DNA from: the human T2T-CHM13v2.0 reference genome, Homo sapiens
Length of the DNA: 64,000 nucleotides
Direction: 5' to 3' (one strand)
Assembly: GCF_009914755.1 (NCBI RefSeq)
Contig: NC_060944.1
Below the pieces are notes generated by a model that saw only the letters and a list, made by a program, of their open reading frames with translations, did no database searches and was not told the DNA's origin. Of this stretch, positions 12,638 through 27,138 are shown piece by piece; positions within the stretch are counted from its first letter, which is position 1; each line of letters starts with the position of its first letter. Both the position numbers and the translations under genes were made by a program.

Positions 12638-14629
12638 GAGACCCTAATGTCTCTGTTTTCCAGATGGCACTATAACTGTATACACTGAAAATATATATTA
12701 TCTCCAAAAATATCTCCTATTAGTTTATTTTATAACGGGAAACTACTAGTTTCTTTTCTTTCCAAATATCTGTCGAGCAAGAAAATTTAATACTTTAAAC
12801 TTGACTATAAATAATTTTATATGAGAATATCACTTAAGGCAGACTTTTAAAAGTTTTTGAAAATGTACTAGCCATTTTGATATGTCTGATGGATGCCTGA
12901 TAACAGAGTAATGCCTGAGGGAAAAGAAAACCAATCATTTTTCTAAATTTATTCAAGCAGATGTATTCACAGCTGTACATTTCAACCACAATGTCATCTG
13001 CTTTGGATATATTTTCATTTTTTAATCATCAGAGCAGTGTCAGTATATCAACATTGAATCATGGATATACATCAACGTTAGAAAAATATAACCCCAAGGG
13101 TACATACCATGAGAACGTTTATAAGTGAAAAAACATATCTTTGAATGATAATGTTGGGAAAATCAGGAATCATGGAAACCGTCTAAGCAATAAATAAGAC
13201 TGAATAGAAGACGATTCACAAAGTCTAGAGAAAGATGAAGTTACACAAGGTGAGAAGCCTGCAAAAGTGTGTTCATTACCTCACACTGTCCCTGGTAGAC
13301 AAGGTGCCACCATTAGATTTAATATTAGATAAGATGTTCTCCTTGATTTAGAACTAGGTGTTAGGTTTTCTAAAAACAAAAACAGATAATGGAATATCAA
13401 CAAAAACTATTCATTCAAAATGGAGACATTCATCACACGGTTTGTTTTATTTGGTAATTCCTATAATTTTCTAGAAAAAAAATCTCAAAGTAATTCTTGG
13501 GAAACATAGTAATTGTTGGGAAACATAATACAATAATACAAATTTTTTACTAATCCACATATGGATCCACATATATGTCTTAAATTGAGACTCTTTTTAC
13601 CTGGTGTTTCAGACAGAATCCTTAGTTGTAAGCAACAGAAACTGGCTTTTTAAGTGAAAGACAATTCACTGGAAGAATGTCAGGCTCACAAAATCAGTGG
13701 GAGATTGGAGAACCAATAATTAGAAAAGTAGAAACTCAGCAAGCTCCAGGTGGCCTGGACACGTCACAGAATATGCTGTGTAGTATCAGCATACTATAGC
13801 TTTCATAACAACAAAGGACCCCTAGCCATCCCTCACATCCTCAAATTCAAAGTCTCAACAAAGAATGACCAGTTGGCTAAATATTGGTCAGATGCCCAGT
13901 CTATACATTCACCCTGCTGGCTGCCATGGGACAGAAAATCTGAGGTACTAGACCCCTTTGTAGTAGGAGGTGGGCACCACTTCCAAGCAAAACTATACAG
14001 GATAGGAAATCCCCTACCTCCCAAAAATGGGGAGTTTTGTTGGAGGAAGGGCTTTTGGATGCTGAATAGCTAAAATAACAGCAACAATTACAAATCAATA
14101 CATCTTCCACAAAGCAATAAAGAGAATGGAATCCTTATTATTTACCATTCACTTGGCATAAATTAATGTCTGTCCTGGAATATGGGAATTGCCCACTTAA
14201 TCGGGCTGATTTATAATTAAGATCTTGTACTTTAGTAAGATGATTGAAATACATAGTTTACTCCTTTCAGTAAATCCTTGAGCAAGAATTATATTTGATA
14301 GTTTTTTTCTGAATTTTAACTGGGAAATCCCTGATGTTACTTATACTTAGGGTATATATGAATTATGCAAATATTAGACTCATCATAGTAAATAATTGGA
14401 AAGATGTGGATCATATTTTTAAGAATTTACGAATTCATATGTCACAGAGCATCACTAAGACATTCCCTTGACATCTTCAAAACACTGCCCTTCAGGAACC
14501 TTTCTCTTTATATTATTCTTCTTTGTCTGTTCTTATTTTTCTTCTTTTCTCTGAATTGAGCTTTCCCTTTATAAGCCACCCTAATATTTATCACTTTTTA
14601 TTGTCCTTCTTGGCAATCTTTTTGATCCA

Positions 14630-15420
14630 GTCAGTAGTCTTGAGTCCCTACCCTGTGCTAGTTTCATGCATGGCAATGAAGTTATAAAGATCATAAGAAT
14701 ACGGCCCCAAGCCCCAGAGACACCACAGTCTAATAGAGGAGACATTCACAGCCCTGACCTCAGAGAACTCACAGGCCAGTGTAGGAGACAGACACCTAAC
14801 TAAATAATAGTAATTAACAATAGCGACATGTACTTGGCAGTATAGGAGAGACCAGGGAGAACTGGGCAGTGGGAATAAGAGGGGAGCTCAGAGAAGGCTT
14901 CCTGGTGGAGATGACACCTGAATTGGGGAAAGGAGCTGAATGCACCCAAGGTCAAGGCAAGGAGGTGAGATGCAATGGGCTCTGTGAGGCTCACCAGAAG
15001 CAGATTGGTTTTGTGTGGTTATCACCCAGGTTTGTGCTTGTGGCTGTATTCCACGTACTACAGGGGTTACGGAAATGTGTATGTGTTCTTGTAGCCCTGT
15101 GAAAACAGAAAGAACAGCAGGGCCAAATGATCATAAAAGGCAATGATGCCAAAATGGGGAGACAAGTGAACTTCCCTGGAATGTGTGGAAGGCAGGATAG
15201 GATGACAGCAGACCTAAAGGCTCCAATTCCCAGTCTTTTCCCATTACTAGCTGTGCAGTGTTCAATGGGTGACTGAATTCTCCAAGACTCTCCAAGACTC
15301 AGTTTTCCTCACCTATAAAATGGAGATAAACCTGCGTTGGGCTATTTATTCTATCTAAGGAGTAAATGAGCATAAAAAGAATTGAACACAATAAGTGGCA
15401 CAAAAATGTTCAATACATAG
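14630..15420. mobile_element. L2 fragment (~14630-15020) and MIR (~15210-15420)
   Basis: agaaggcttcctggtggagatgacacctgaa (L2); ctcagttttcctcacctataaaatggagataa (MIR core). Confidence 0.7.
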
Positions 15421-15731
15421 GGTTTTTTTTCCTACTCTCCAGAAAATTAGAACAAGGCCATTTCTGTTTGCTAAGATTGCTCATTTGTGTGCTCACTTGA
15501 TTTTTAAATGTGTTGAATGTGAAGGATTTACACACCTGTGGTTTCCCGTGGTTCTGCATAGCTCATACTGGACACCATCAGAACAAGTCAAGGCAACGTC
15601 CCAGAACCCTTGATTCTCCACTTTTGTTATGTGCACTCTTTGGCAAGGAGGGGCACTTTCACTGATGCCCCATTATATGAGGTGAAATATCCCCTTCTTT
15701 CTGGACCATAAATGTGAAGAAAGCTGGCCAA

Positions 15732-15895
15732 GGCCGGGCCTGGTGGCTCTCACCTGTAATCCCAACACTTTGGAAGGCTGAGGCAGGAGGATCACTTGAG
15801 CCCAGGAATTGAAAGCTGCAGTGAGCTATAATCATGCCACTCTACTCCAGCCTGGACAACAAAGTGAGAACATGTCTCTTAAAAAAAGAAAAAAG
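15732..15895 (+). mobile_element. Alu monomer (FAM/FRAM-like)
   Basis: ~160-bp monomer with A tail. Confidence 0.85.
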
Positions 15896-16429
15896 GAAAG
15901 CCCCTCATTTGCTTTGCCTGTGTAATTCTACCCTACCCCATGCCAACACTGGCCATGATACAGCCTAGGTTAAATGATTTTACATAATTGTCAAGAGTAT
16001 TAGCAAGAACATTCTGGAATCATAGAAGGTTTCGAGAGTGGAATGCAACTGACAGATGTAGTCCTCCATTGTAAAGAGAAAAAGTAACCAAAGCTGGTTA
16101 GTGACTGGTTGTTCCCAGAACTAGGGAGGAAACCACTTGCCTGGCTTTGCCATGATGCTTCTGGCCTCATTAGGATGGCTGGAAAATGCCATCACATCTG
16201 AATGCCGTTTTGTAAAGCAGTTCCATGCACTTATTTCACCAACACTCAGAAAAGTTGTATGGCTGGCACAAGGTCATCCAGCTCACACAAGGCAGGTAAA
16301 AAGACAAACCAGAACGGCACTTGGAAAAGCAGGAAGGAAGTAAATACATGCCTCAGTTTGTCCTCTGGAAGCTGGAAGTCAAGATAGACCAGTTCAGAGA
16401 GAGTAGGAAAGGCTCCTGAAGAAGACGAC

Positions 16430-16965
16430 TGGATAAAGAAAATGTGATATTTATGCACAATAGAATACGATTTAGCCATAGAAAGAATGAACTCCAGGCA
16501 TTCATGGCCACAGGGATGGAACTGGGGGACATGATGTGAAGTGAAATAAGTTGGGCACAGAAAGTTAAACACCGTATGTTCTCACTCATATGTGGAAGCT
16601 AAAAAAAAGATCTCATAGAAGTAAAAAGTAGAACAGAGGATATTGGAGGCTGGAAGGACAGAGGGAAGAGGGGGATAGGAAGAGATTTGCTGAAGGATAC
16701 GAAATTACAGCTAGATAGCAGGGATAAATTCTCATGTTCTATGGTGCTGTACGATGACTATAGTTAACAATAATACATTAGATAGTTCCAAATAGCTAGA
16801 AGGAGGATATTGAATGTTCCCAACACAAAGAAATAATAAATGTTTAAGATGACGGATATGCTAATTACTCTGATCTGATAACTATAAATATATGTATTGA
16901 AACATCACTATGTACCCCATAAATATGCACAATTATTATGTGTCAACTAAAAAAAATTAAAAAGC
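16430..16965 (+). mobile_element. L1MA 3' end
   Basis: tggataaagaaaatgtg...atgttctcactcatatgtgg...tgtaccccataaatatg...A tail. Confidence 0.9.
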
Positions 16966-17057
16966 CAAAGTCCTTACAATGACCAACAAGACTTGACATG
17001 ATCTGATGTCCCATTACCCTTTTTTTATGCTTCAATCAGTTGAATTTCTTTTAAAAA

Positions 17058-17268
17058 GGGGTTTTTTGTTTGTTTTTAGAGATGGGGTCTCACTCTGTCA
17101 CCCAGGATGGAGTATAGTGGTGTGATCATAGCTGACCGCAACTTCGAATTTCTGGGTTCAAGTGATCCTCCCACCTTAGCCTCCCTCCTAGCTGGGACTA
17201 CAGGTGTGCCACTATACCTGGCTACTTTTTTATTTTTCTTTTTTGTAGGCATGGGGTCTCACTATGTT
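17058..17268 (-). mobile_element. AluJ, partial
   Basis: Right arm and linker. Confidence 0.85.
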
Positions 17269-17819
17269 AACGAGTTTGGCCCAGTATATTTTTAAGTGCT
17301 TTTTGTTCGACTAGATGAATCAGAAGTCTATTTCTCAAGTCAATTTCTGACCTGCCTGTTTCAAGCATGCCTGGTGCTTTTCCTGTGGATATTCTGTTTA
17401 CTACTCTATACATACCCTCACTATCCTCCATGGAGACAAACTTTGGGTTTTCTTTCCTTGCTGCCAGCACTTCAACTATTGGGGCTTCTTCTACTCTCTG
17501 CCTCTACCTCTGGAAGACCATTCTTCCTCCCCTTTGCCAGCTGCATTCCTGCTCGTTGGTGGGAAAAGCAATCCCTGTCAGGCCAGTCAGCTTCTGTAAA
17601 CTAAAATCATTTGATCATGTAGACACAAGGCTAGTATGATATTAAAAGGAATGAGCCAAGGAGTCACAGGCTTAAAGAATTTTAGAATTGGAAGGATGTT
17701 AGAGATAAGTTACCGGATACAGGAGATGAGTCTAAGGAGATCAGTGTTTTGGTTTTTTGTTTTGTTTGTTTTGTTTTTTGTTTTCATTTCAGATGCCTGA
17801 GGCCACAAGCTGATACCCT

Positions 17820-18350
17820 CTGTGTTTCAACTACTTATTGCTATGTAACAAACTATCTCCAATCTTAGTGGCTGAAAAAAACATTTTGTTTATTTGCTCA
17901 CAATCCTGCAATTTGCAAGGCTTGTCTGGGACAGTTCATCTCAGGTTTACATGGCTGATGTTTGACTGGGGCTGAAGAATGGACTTGCAAGATGGCCTCA
18001 CTAACATGGCTGGCAAGCTGGTGTTGACTGTTGGCTTGAAGCTCAGCTGGGGCTGTTAACCAGTGGCCTCACTTCCTTTCTGCTTGGCCTCTCCACATGG
18101 CTAGATTGGACTTCTCACAGGGAGGCAGTCTCTGGATATTCAAACTTCTTACATGGTGGCTGGCTTCTTCTAAAATACAAAAATGAAAGCTGCCAGGCCT
18201 TTGTAAGGCTTAGAATTGAACTGGCACCCTGTCACTTCCTCCATGATCTATTGGTTAAAGAAGGTCACAGAACCAGCCCAGATTCAAGGAGCGGGGAACA
18301 ATCCAAGGACATGAATATTGGTAAGTGTGATTCATTGAGAACCATCATTA
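17820..18350 (-). mobile_element. MLT1 (MaLR) LTR
   Basis: ttattgctatgtaacaaac...cttagtggct...ggcctctccacatggct...agcccagattcaagg. Confidence 0.8.
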
Positions 18351-18701
18351 TAAAAAATTAGCTCACTAATTTTCCCGCTTTCACCAAATATTGAGCTTCC
18401 ACTGAAATTTTCAGGCCAGCAAATAATATGGTTAGTCGAACATTGTCCTAGGAGACACCTGAGCTTTTGACCTAGCCTGGTTATTAATTAGCTTTAGAGA
18501 CTTGAAGCCATCTAAACTGTAAGTTTTCTGGCCTGGATGAATTTTCATGTAGCTTCTAGCTCTAAATGCAGAGTCCTAGGTATCAGTTGGTCTTCAGTTC
18601 CTAGATGAAGCTTTAAAAAAAAGTTGGGGCATATGATTTTACTATATTGGATTAAACAAACCTCTGATTTTTCAGTGCAGTCAAGCTGTATAAAAGCTCA
18701 A

Positions 18702-19075
18702 CTGTGTCTCTACTAAAAATACAAAAAACACTAGCCAGGTGTGGTGGCGCACACCTGTAATCCCAACTACTCAGGAGGCTGAGGCATGAGAATTGCTTGG
18801 ACCTGGGGGCAGAGGCTGCAGTGAGTGGAGATCACACCACTGCACTCCAGCCTGGGCGAAAGAGTGAGACCCTGTCTTAAAAAAAAAAAAGTTCATTTGG
18901 GGCTGGACACTAGGGCTCACACCTATAATCCTAGCACTTTGGGAGTCCAAGGCAGGAAGATCGCTAGAGGCCAGGAATTTGAGAACAGCCTGGGCTGCAG
19001 AGCGAGATCCTATGAGGCATGATTGTACCACTCCATTCCAGCCTTGATGACACAGCAAGACTCTGTCTCAAAAAA
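18702..19075 (+). mobile_element. Two partial Alus (18702-18890 right arm; 18901-19075 internally deleted)
   Basis: Alu consensus segments. Confidence 0.85.
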
Positions 19076-19354
19076 CTTGAGTTATTTGAGATAACTCAAG
19101 TTATTACTAATTACTTGCAGCTGGCAGGGAGGTAGGAACATGGATGGAGTCTCCAGAACAGTTGGGAAGAGGGCGTGTCCGCTCTCTGTGCCACTAAAAC
19201 GCAGCCACAGAACTTCATTGGCATACACCAACACACATTTATTCAGCTCATGAGTCTATGGGGTTCATCTGATCTGGGTTGGGCTTGGCTGGTCTTGACT
19301 GAGATCACTTATCTATCTAGGAGTTCAGTAGCTATTGGCTGATCTAGGGTGGCC

Positions 19355-19515
19355 TTAGCTGAGTGTAGTGATGCACACCTGTGGTCTCAGCTATGAAGGA
19401 GGCTGAGGTGGGAGGATCACTTGGGCTCAGGAGTTGAGGCTGCAGTGAGCTATGATCATGCCACTGCATCATCCAGCCTGGGTGATGAAACAAGACCTTG
19501 TCTCCATAAAAAAAG
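19355..19515 (+). mobile_element. Alu right-arm monomer after an MLT1 remnant
   Basis: ttagctg...ggaggatcacttg...ccactgca. Confidence 0.8.
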
Positions 19516-19594
19516 AAGACCATTAATTAATCAATTAATCAATCTACCATAGAAAATATCTTGTAAAAACCAACTTTGAAAATGGACTTGTTGA

Positions 19595-19895
<301 letters not shown>

Positions 19896-21882
19896 AGGCT
19901 GTTCTAATATCTCACGATTGCAGTTCATGCTGTCTGTGCCTAGCCCCAGGACACATATGCAGAGGGACGTGGGAGTGGGCTTGCTGAGTGGAAAACACCA
20001 AATCCACCATAGTGGTCACCTCCGATGGTGAGGAGGGCCATTAGTGGGTCCTTGAGAGAATGTAATTGTTTGATGGGTGTTGATTTCATCATTTCTGTCC
20101 TTCTTTGTATGTCCAAAATGCGTTGTTCATAATTTAAAAATGCCTGAATACACTCTGGCTTTGAATCGGCCCAGATACAACCCTTTTCTGGCTCTGCTTT
20201 ACTGTTTTTACTTGTTAAGAGTTTTTCTCAAGCATGCTGGAGTGACTGATGCCTCCAAGAAGCACATACTAAAGAAATACCGAATTCGTTTTCTGCAAAG
20301 TTAGCAAAACCATCAATTTTTAAAAAGTGTTGTTTAATCTGTGGCCAACAGAAAGTTTTTCTCTGACTTTAGGTTTTTTTCTTTCTCCCCAGCTTTAAAA
20401 AAAATCCATTTTCAGAAAAGTGACTTATATAAACAGTCCCCACCTCGGAGAATTCCAGGATATGCTTTATCCACTGGGCACTAAAACCAAGAAAACTGAT
20501 CTGGGTCATTTCAGGCTTCCATCCTTTGTTATTTCAAGTCAATAAAAATAGTTGGGAGGAAGGTGACTCAGGATCTGGCTTGCTCTGTCTTCTTGATTAA
20601 AATAATGGCAGATTAATTTGGCTTATTTGATTCCTTTTTATCTCTTTATTATTCTTGCTGGAAATTAGATAAAATGACCATTATTCCTTTCTCACCTCCA
20701 ATCAGTTGACTTAGAGCAAAAAAAAATTATTTTCACCAGATTGATGTGATTGCACACAAGATTTCTGAATTAGATAGCCCTAGTTTTCCCTCACTTCCTC
20801 ACCAAAAATTCCACCCATGAAGGTATATTTCAAAAATAGAAAGTGAACACAATGACCATGTGAGTTTCCATTAAGAAGAAAGAGGGCTATGATTCAGCGG
20901 TTGTGCAGGCACTGATTACCTAATCAAGGCCGTAACAACTGCTGCTATTTAGAGGTGATACCCTGAATCATAAAAAATTTTCTCTTTTGATGTTCCCTCT
21001 ACTTTAGAAATCTCAGAGTGTTTTAAAATATATATGAGAACCTCAGGTACTTCTATCAATAGTAATCAACAGTCTGTCTTTACTCAGTAGAAATAATATG
21101 TAAAAAATACTAATAGCTAAAATTCATAAAGCCCATCATATGTGTGAATTACTGTTACAGTTTTCATGGATTTATATACAGAAAGGCTCTGCTCCTCATG
21201 CAGAGATAAAGGCCATCAGAAGATCAAATAAGTTAGAAGAAGGAGGCAAAATACATCCATATTCTTCCAGAAAAGAGAAAAGACAAAAATTATCAGCTGT
21301 TTTTGAGTGGCTTGGAATTAGAAACGATCCTGGTTCTTCTGCTTCAGAGCAAAACAATAAGAAAAGATAGGTGAGGAGCCACCAGCGTGGATGCTTTCAG
21401 AATCTAAATTCAAATGATACTTTTTCTCTAGCAAATCACCAGGTTCTGACATGACTGACTGTGATTCTTGGCAGAGGATCAAACCTTCTGCTATGAAACC
21501 CCAGTGAGAGGTGAAATCCCAGGGCAAAACCCCAGTGTGGGGCTACAAAAAGAAAATTGGTTCCCCTCCGGGAGGGCCAGGGTCTGGCTTTGAGCAAGGC
21601 AAGCCAGGCACCTAGGGCGCCAGATTTGAAGAGAAGTAGGTAACTCACTCTCATGGCTGTGCAAGGGCTGACCTGCAGAATTGTTCCAAGTCCGACTCTG
21701 AGTGCCAGCAAAGTGAAGTTTCCCTAAAGTATTAAACCTGGAGATCCCAGGGGTGGAGATGAAGCTGAGCCTGGGTCTGGAAAGTGCTTGGTGGTGGGGG
21801 CATCAGTACAAGGGCACTTCTGGCATCTCCCGTTCATCTCAAATGGGCCTGCATAGGGAAAGTTATTACAAAGTCCATTCTC

Positions 21883-22177
21883 AGCCAGGTGCGGCGGCTG
21901 ATACCTGTAATTCTAGCACTTTGGGAGGCCAAGGCAGGAGGATTGCTCAAGCCCAGGAGTTTGAGACTAGCCTAGGGAACATAGCGAGACCTCATCTCTA
22001 CAAAAAGTAAAAAAAGTAGCCAGACATGGTGATGCATGCCTGTAGTCCCAGCTCCTCAGGAGGCTGAGGTCATAGGATTGCTTGAACCTGGGAGGTCAAG
22101 GCTGCAGTGAGCTGTGTTGCACCACTGCACTCCAGCCTGGGCAACAGAGCAAGACCCTGTCTCAAAACAAAAAAAAA
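21883..22177 (+). mobile_element. AluJ
   Basis: TSD AAAGTCCATTCTC / AAAGCCTATTCTC. Confidence 0.92.
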
Positions 22178-22321
22178 GCCTATTCTCAATAATCCAAGGG
22201 TAAAACAATGAGATAAAGCAATACCTTTATAAAGCAATACCTTTCATTGCAAGGAGGGAGTAAAATTGCTAGTGTGTATGTGGAGTAAAACAGAGTAACT
22301 CTATCAGTTAAGACTTTTATA

Positions 22322-22620
22322 GGATTACAGTGGCTCATGCCTGTAATCCCAGTGCTTTGGGAGGCCAAGGCAGGCGGATCACCTGTGGTCAGGAGTTCAA
22401 GACCAGTCTGGCCAGCATGGCAAAACCCCGTCTCTACTAAAAAAATACAAAAAAATTATCTGGGCATGGTGGCGTGCACTTGCAATCCCAGCTACTCAGG
22501 AGGCCGAGGCAGAATATCACTTGAACCCAAGAGAAAGAGGTTTCAGTGAGCCGAGATCATGCCACTGTACTCCAGCCTGGGTGACAGAGTGAGACTACAT
22601 ATCAGAAAAGAAAAAAAAGA
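22322..22620 (+). mobile_element. AluS
   Basis: Full Alu with A-rich tail. Confidence 0.92.
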
Positions 22621-23839
22621 CTTAAAAAAAAATGTAACCCTGAAGAAGGCCAACTTAAGCTGCTGTAAGAGAGAAAAGGGAATGTATTAATTCATGCAAC
22701 TGAGATGTCCAGGAAGGGAGTTGACTTTAGGGTGCAAGGCTGAGCTCCTACTGGGCCTTTCTGTAGCTGACTCACCCCTGGGCTCTTCCTATGGCAGGAT
22801 GGCCAGGCAGTTCAGGGGCTCAAACAAGAAAACTGGGTTGACCTTCACTGGGCCCCTGCCAATCACTGTGGCAGGTGATGGAGAAAGACCAAGACACTTG
22901 TGAGTGGGTAGGGGACAAGATGTCCCTAAAGGAGAATTGGGGACTGTCACAAAATACAGTGAATGACTGGTGGGGAGCAAAAAGCCGCAAAAGGCCTCTG
23001 CAATAGGAGAACAAATGACAGGTCAAATCTGGCTCTTCACAAACTACTTAAATGCCGCCATTGGCTGTACTGAATGCCAAGAAAACACATTTTCTGATAC
23101 CGGCTACCTCCAAGTTGGTGGGCTGGGGAGATTTTTGTGTGAGAAATGTTTTTAATTGTATCTTCTTGCTGAAGCATCTAAAACCTGCCAGAGAGGAGTG
23201 ACAAACATTCAGTTACCCTGCCTGCTGCTTCCTCTTTTACACAAGTATATCATCACTTCATTTCAGGAAGGGCAAACACTTTTGTGTTAGAAAATTGCCT
23301 GATAAAAGGGCTTCCTCCATTCACTAACCTCTTGGCAGAATTGTGACCGCAGACCTATGGAAAGCATGCAGAGGAAGTGGCGTTTGAATGCCACCCTGCT
23401 TAAGGGTTTTCATGCACTCACAGAAAATCCCCAGACCAAAGCCCTAAGTCATCTCTACTTACCCAGAGACACAAACAGGCCTTTCCACTCTCCTTAATGC
23501 TAATGCTTTGGAAACACTGAAGCTTCCTGCAACACTTTTTGATCATTCACTTTCCAAAATCTGAATCAACACTTCTAAGGTAACAAAGGGCATCTGCGGG
23601 TTCTTTTTGGCTTTGGACAAAGTGCAACTTCAGCTACTAGTTTCAAAAAGAAAAGTTCTAGTGCTTTTTGCCTGAAATATGTAACTAAATGGTTGTTAAA
23701 CCTACAGTAACTTATTAGAAAAATAGAAGTAAACCATTTATAGCAAAATAAATTCTGGAGATGGTAAGGAATGAAATGTAAAAACAAATCTTTTTTTAAA
23801 ACTAGAAATACATGTGGGCAACTTTGTTTAAAAGCACAG

Positions 23840-24950
23840 TAAGTTACAGTCTGACGACAAACGAGAAAAATATTTGCAGTAGATGTGATAGACCACATGT
23901 GTCTATTTCTAGTGTATATCGACCTTAAACATCTTGATAAGAAAATCACCAAATTTCTAATAGAAAAATGGGCAAAGGTTTTAGTGATCTATTGTACTAC
24001 ATGGTGACCACAGTTAATAAAAATGTATAGTTTAAAATTGCTAAAAGAATAGGTTTTTAATGACCTCTCCATGCACAAAAAAATGCTAAGTTGTTGAGGT
24101 AATGGATATATTAATTAGCTTGAGTGAATCTTTCCAACAATGTACACGTAGATCAAAACATCACACGTACCCCAAAATTTACACACTTTTTTGTCAATTA
24201 AAAATAGATAAATAAATAATTTTAAAATAGGCAAAGGATATAAACAAAAAAAATTGATGGAAGAAATACAGAATAAATCTAACCAGCAATGAATTACAAA
24301 TTAAACAAAATTGGGATACTATTTTTTCCCATCAAATTAGCAAAGGGCTTTAAAATTAATAGTTGAATGAGATGCTGATATAATACTAATCCAAATATAA
24401 ATTGGAACAGCCTTTCTAATAAGAAATTCAAATAAATCTGTATCCATTGTCCCTATAATTTTCTATGTAGGAACTATCCTAAGGAAGTATTTTTAAATTT
24501 TTTAAAATTTGAAAAAATTGAAATATATGCATATTTCATCACAACATTATTTATATGCAGATATCACAGCACTGCTTAATGATATCAAAAATTATAACTA
24601 ACTTAAGTGTGTAATAAGAAAATAAGATTATAGAATATTCATTCTTTGGAATATCATGCATGCAGCCACTAAAATTATTTATGACTCTTATCAAGACAAG
24701 GGAAATGTTAATATCATAATGTTAGATTTAAAAAGAAAGAAGAGAAAATTGTATGTACAATATGATACAGATTTTACAACTTCATCAGCACATGAATGCA
24801 TCTATAATTCTACATAATGCAGAGGAAAGAAAACACAACCCCAAAATATATACCTGGATTTTATGCAGGCAATGATTTTTATTTATTTTCAAGGCTGTGG
24901 AATCACTACATGAGCATGTATTACTTTTGATAACTAGGAAAAAAATCATT
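23840..24950 (+). mobile_element. Old L1M fragments, including an L1MA-type 3' end at ~23980-24225
   Basis: atagaaaaatgggcaaagg; aaaattgctaaaagaatag; ttgtcaattaaaa. Confidence 0.7.
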
Positions 24951-25654
24951 TAAGGTAAAACATATGAGAACTTAAATAGAATTCTCTTTTAAAAAACAAA
25001 ATAAGTATAAGGGTAAAGCTTGGTAACTTACTACCGTCCTAGATCTTTGAGTTCTTTGTTAAAATATCTTCCTTTTCAAGCCTGTACAGGTCCGTAAAGA
25101 AAATGAAACTTTCAATCAGCTTAATAGAGAAGTTAGGTGGACACTAAGATTCATATTAACACCTGCTGACAGGAGGTGTCATGACTAACTTCCAACAGGG
25201 TAATTAGTGTCTCCACCTCCTTAATAAGTGCCCCTGTAGTATATGCTGATCAAGCATAACCAGATCATCCTAAACTACAGGAGCACCATATGGTTATGCC
25301 GCATTCACTCTTTTTCTAGGGGAGTTAAGGAGTTCACCGGCACTAAGGCTGTCCGGGGTGGCTCTTTAGTTCTCCCTCAAGTGGGTTTACTACCATGAGC
25401 GCCTATCAAGGATCTAAGCTGTGTGTCCCTATGACAGCTTAGCTAGGCTGGACCAGGGTCTTAGAGAGAATCAAACTCTTGTTTCTAAAATTTAGGGAGT
25501 GGGGAGGTAGGCAAGATCAAATGCTGTGGCCTGTCCCCAGAGGGCTATGACATATGAGAGAAAACGTGGGATTAGAAGTGGCCCATTCCATCAGAGACAG
25601 AGAGAGCCTAAGGTGTTTGTTCATGTGCAATTGGACGACCCCCCTTTTCCCAGT

Positions 25655-26120
25655 GTGTCTTATCTGGGATTCTCCCCAAAGACAGACCCTGAGAGAGATT
25701 CAGATGCAAGTAATTGATTTGGAAGATGATTGCAGGAAGCACAGTGAAGAATGGGAAACTGACCAGGGAAGCCCTACATAAGATGTGTCAGTGAGCAGGT
25801 TGTCCCGTGGGCAACAGGAGCTCTATCCCACTGGAGACCCTCAAGGAACTGTGTGGAACACAACTCATTATTGCCCTCCTGAGGGGCAGGGAAGCTGGGA
25901 TATTTATCCACCAATTCCTTCCCTCAGTGGCTGAAGTTTGTGCCCTGTGCATTAAATCCAACTTCCTGGCACTTACAAACTGCCCCATGCTGGGTAATCA
26001 CCTTCCATGCCAGAAAATGCCCTTGGGCACAAAGGTGCCGGAAGCTATTTCAGGAAGCTGTGGGTGGCACTGTAGGGGACTGTCTGCAGTGGATGCTGGG
26101 GGAGACATGTAGCATCTGTT
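25655..26120 (-). mobile_element. ERVL-type LTR (LTR16-like)
   Basis: tgtctt...ggattctcccc..gacagaccctgaga..gattc..atgcaagtaattgatttgg, similar to 34270-34490 and 46430-47585. Confidence 0.55.
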
Positions 26121-26506
26121 ACTTCAGGCTACTTGAGAGTGCTTCCCCTGTGACCTGCCCCCCTGGTTTTCTCCCTCGGGTACATCATGTATTATGTACT
26201 CTTGGAGAGTGATTCTGTAGCTTTATTAATCCACCCATTGACTAACCCATTCAACTATTTTGATTGAGAAGGATGAGAGAGGTATGAGAAGGAAAAAATA
26301 ATGCAGGGTCCTATCTGAAAGTGTTAGAGAATCGGAAAGCGAGCGAGACTTCAAGATGTTACCATGTGAATAGTTTGAAAATCTGCTTTCATATAGCAAA
26401 TTGAAATGAAGAGACTGATCATGTAGAGAATAGACAAACAGAAATGTATCAGAAGTGCAACAGAATTTAAGTTATGCAAATCCACTTATATCAAATCATG
26501 TCTTAA

Positions 26507-26855
<349 letters not shown>

Positions 26856-27138
26856 TTTCCCATGGATGTTTCTGGTCTAGAACAATTATTACTATGTGTC
26901 TTGCTAAATGATAGTTTTCCAATTGCATCATTCCTTCTACATTTATTAATTGGGATTCTGTTGCCTTCCCTCTCCCGTTTATTTATTTATTCAATTATTT
27001 ATTTGTATCAGTATGGACTCATAGGAATTTATTTTATTTTATGGGTTTTGATCCATTGTCATCATTATTTATGTTGTCACTCAAAATGTTCCACACCAAA
27101 GAGCCAGGTTTTGTCTTTTTTTTTTTTTTTTTTTTTTA

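Noticed and set aside
12950-13260. Purine-rich stretch that looked like decayed coding sequence
   Set aside because: No sustained frame or recognisable protein; tblastx or Dfam would be needed to call it.
20888-20972. C/D box snoRNA
   Set aside because: A CTGA lies near the 3' stem, but there is no RTGATGA C box and no host intron; kept only as a palindrome finding.
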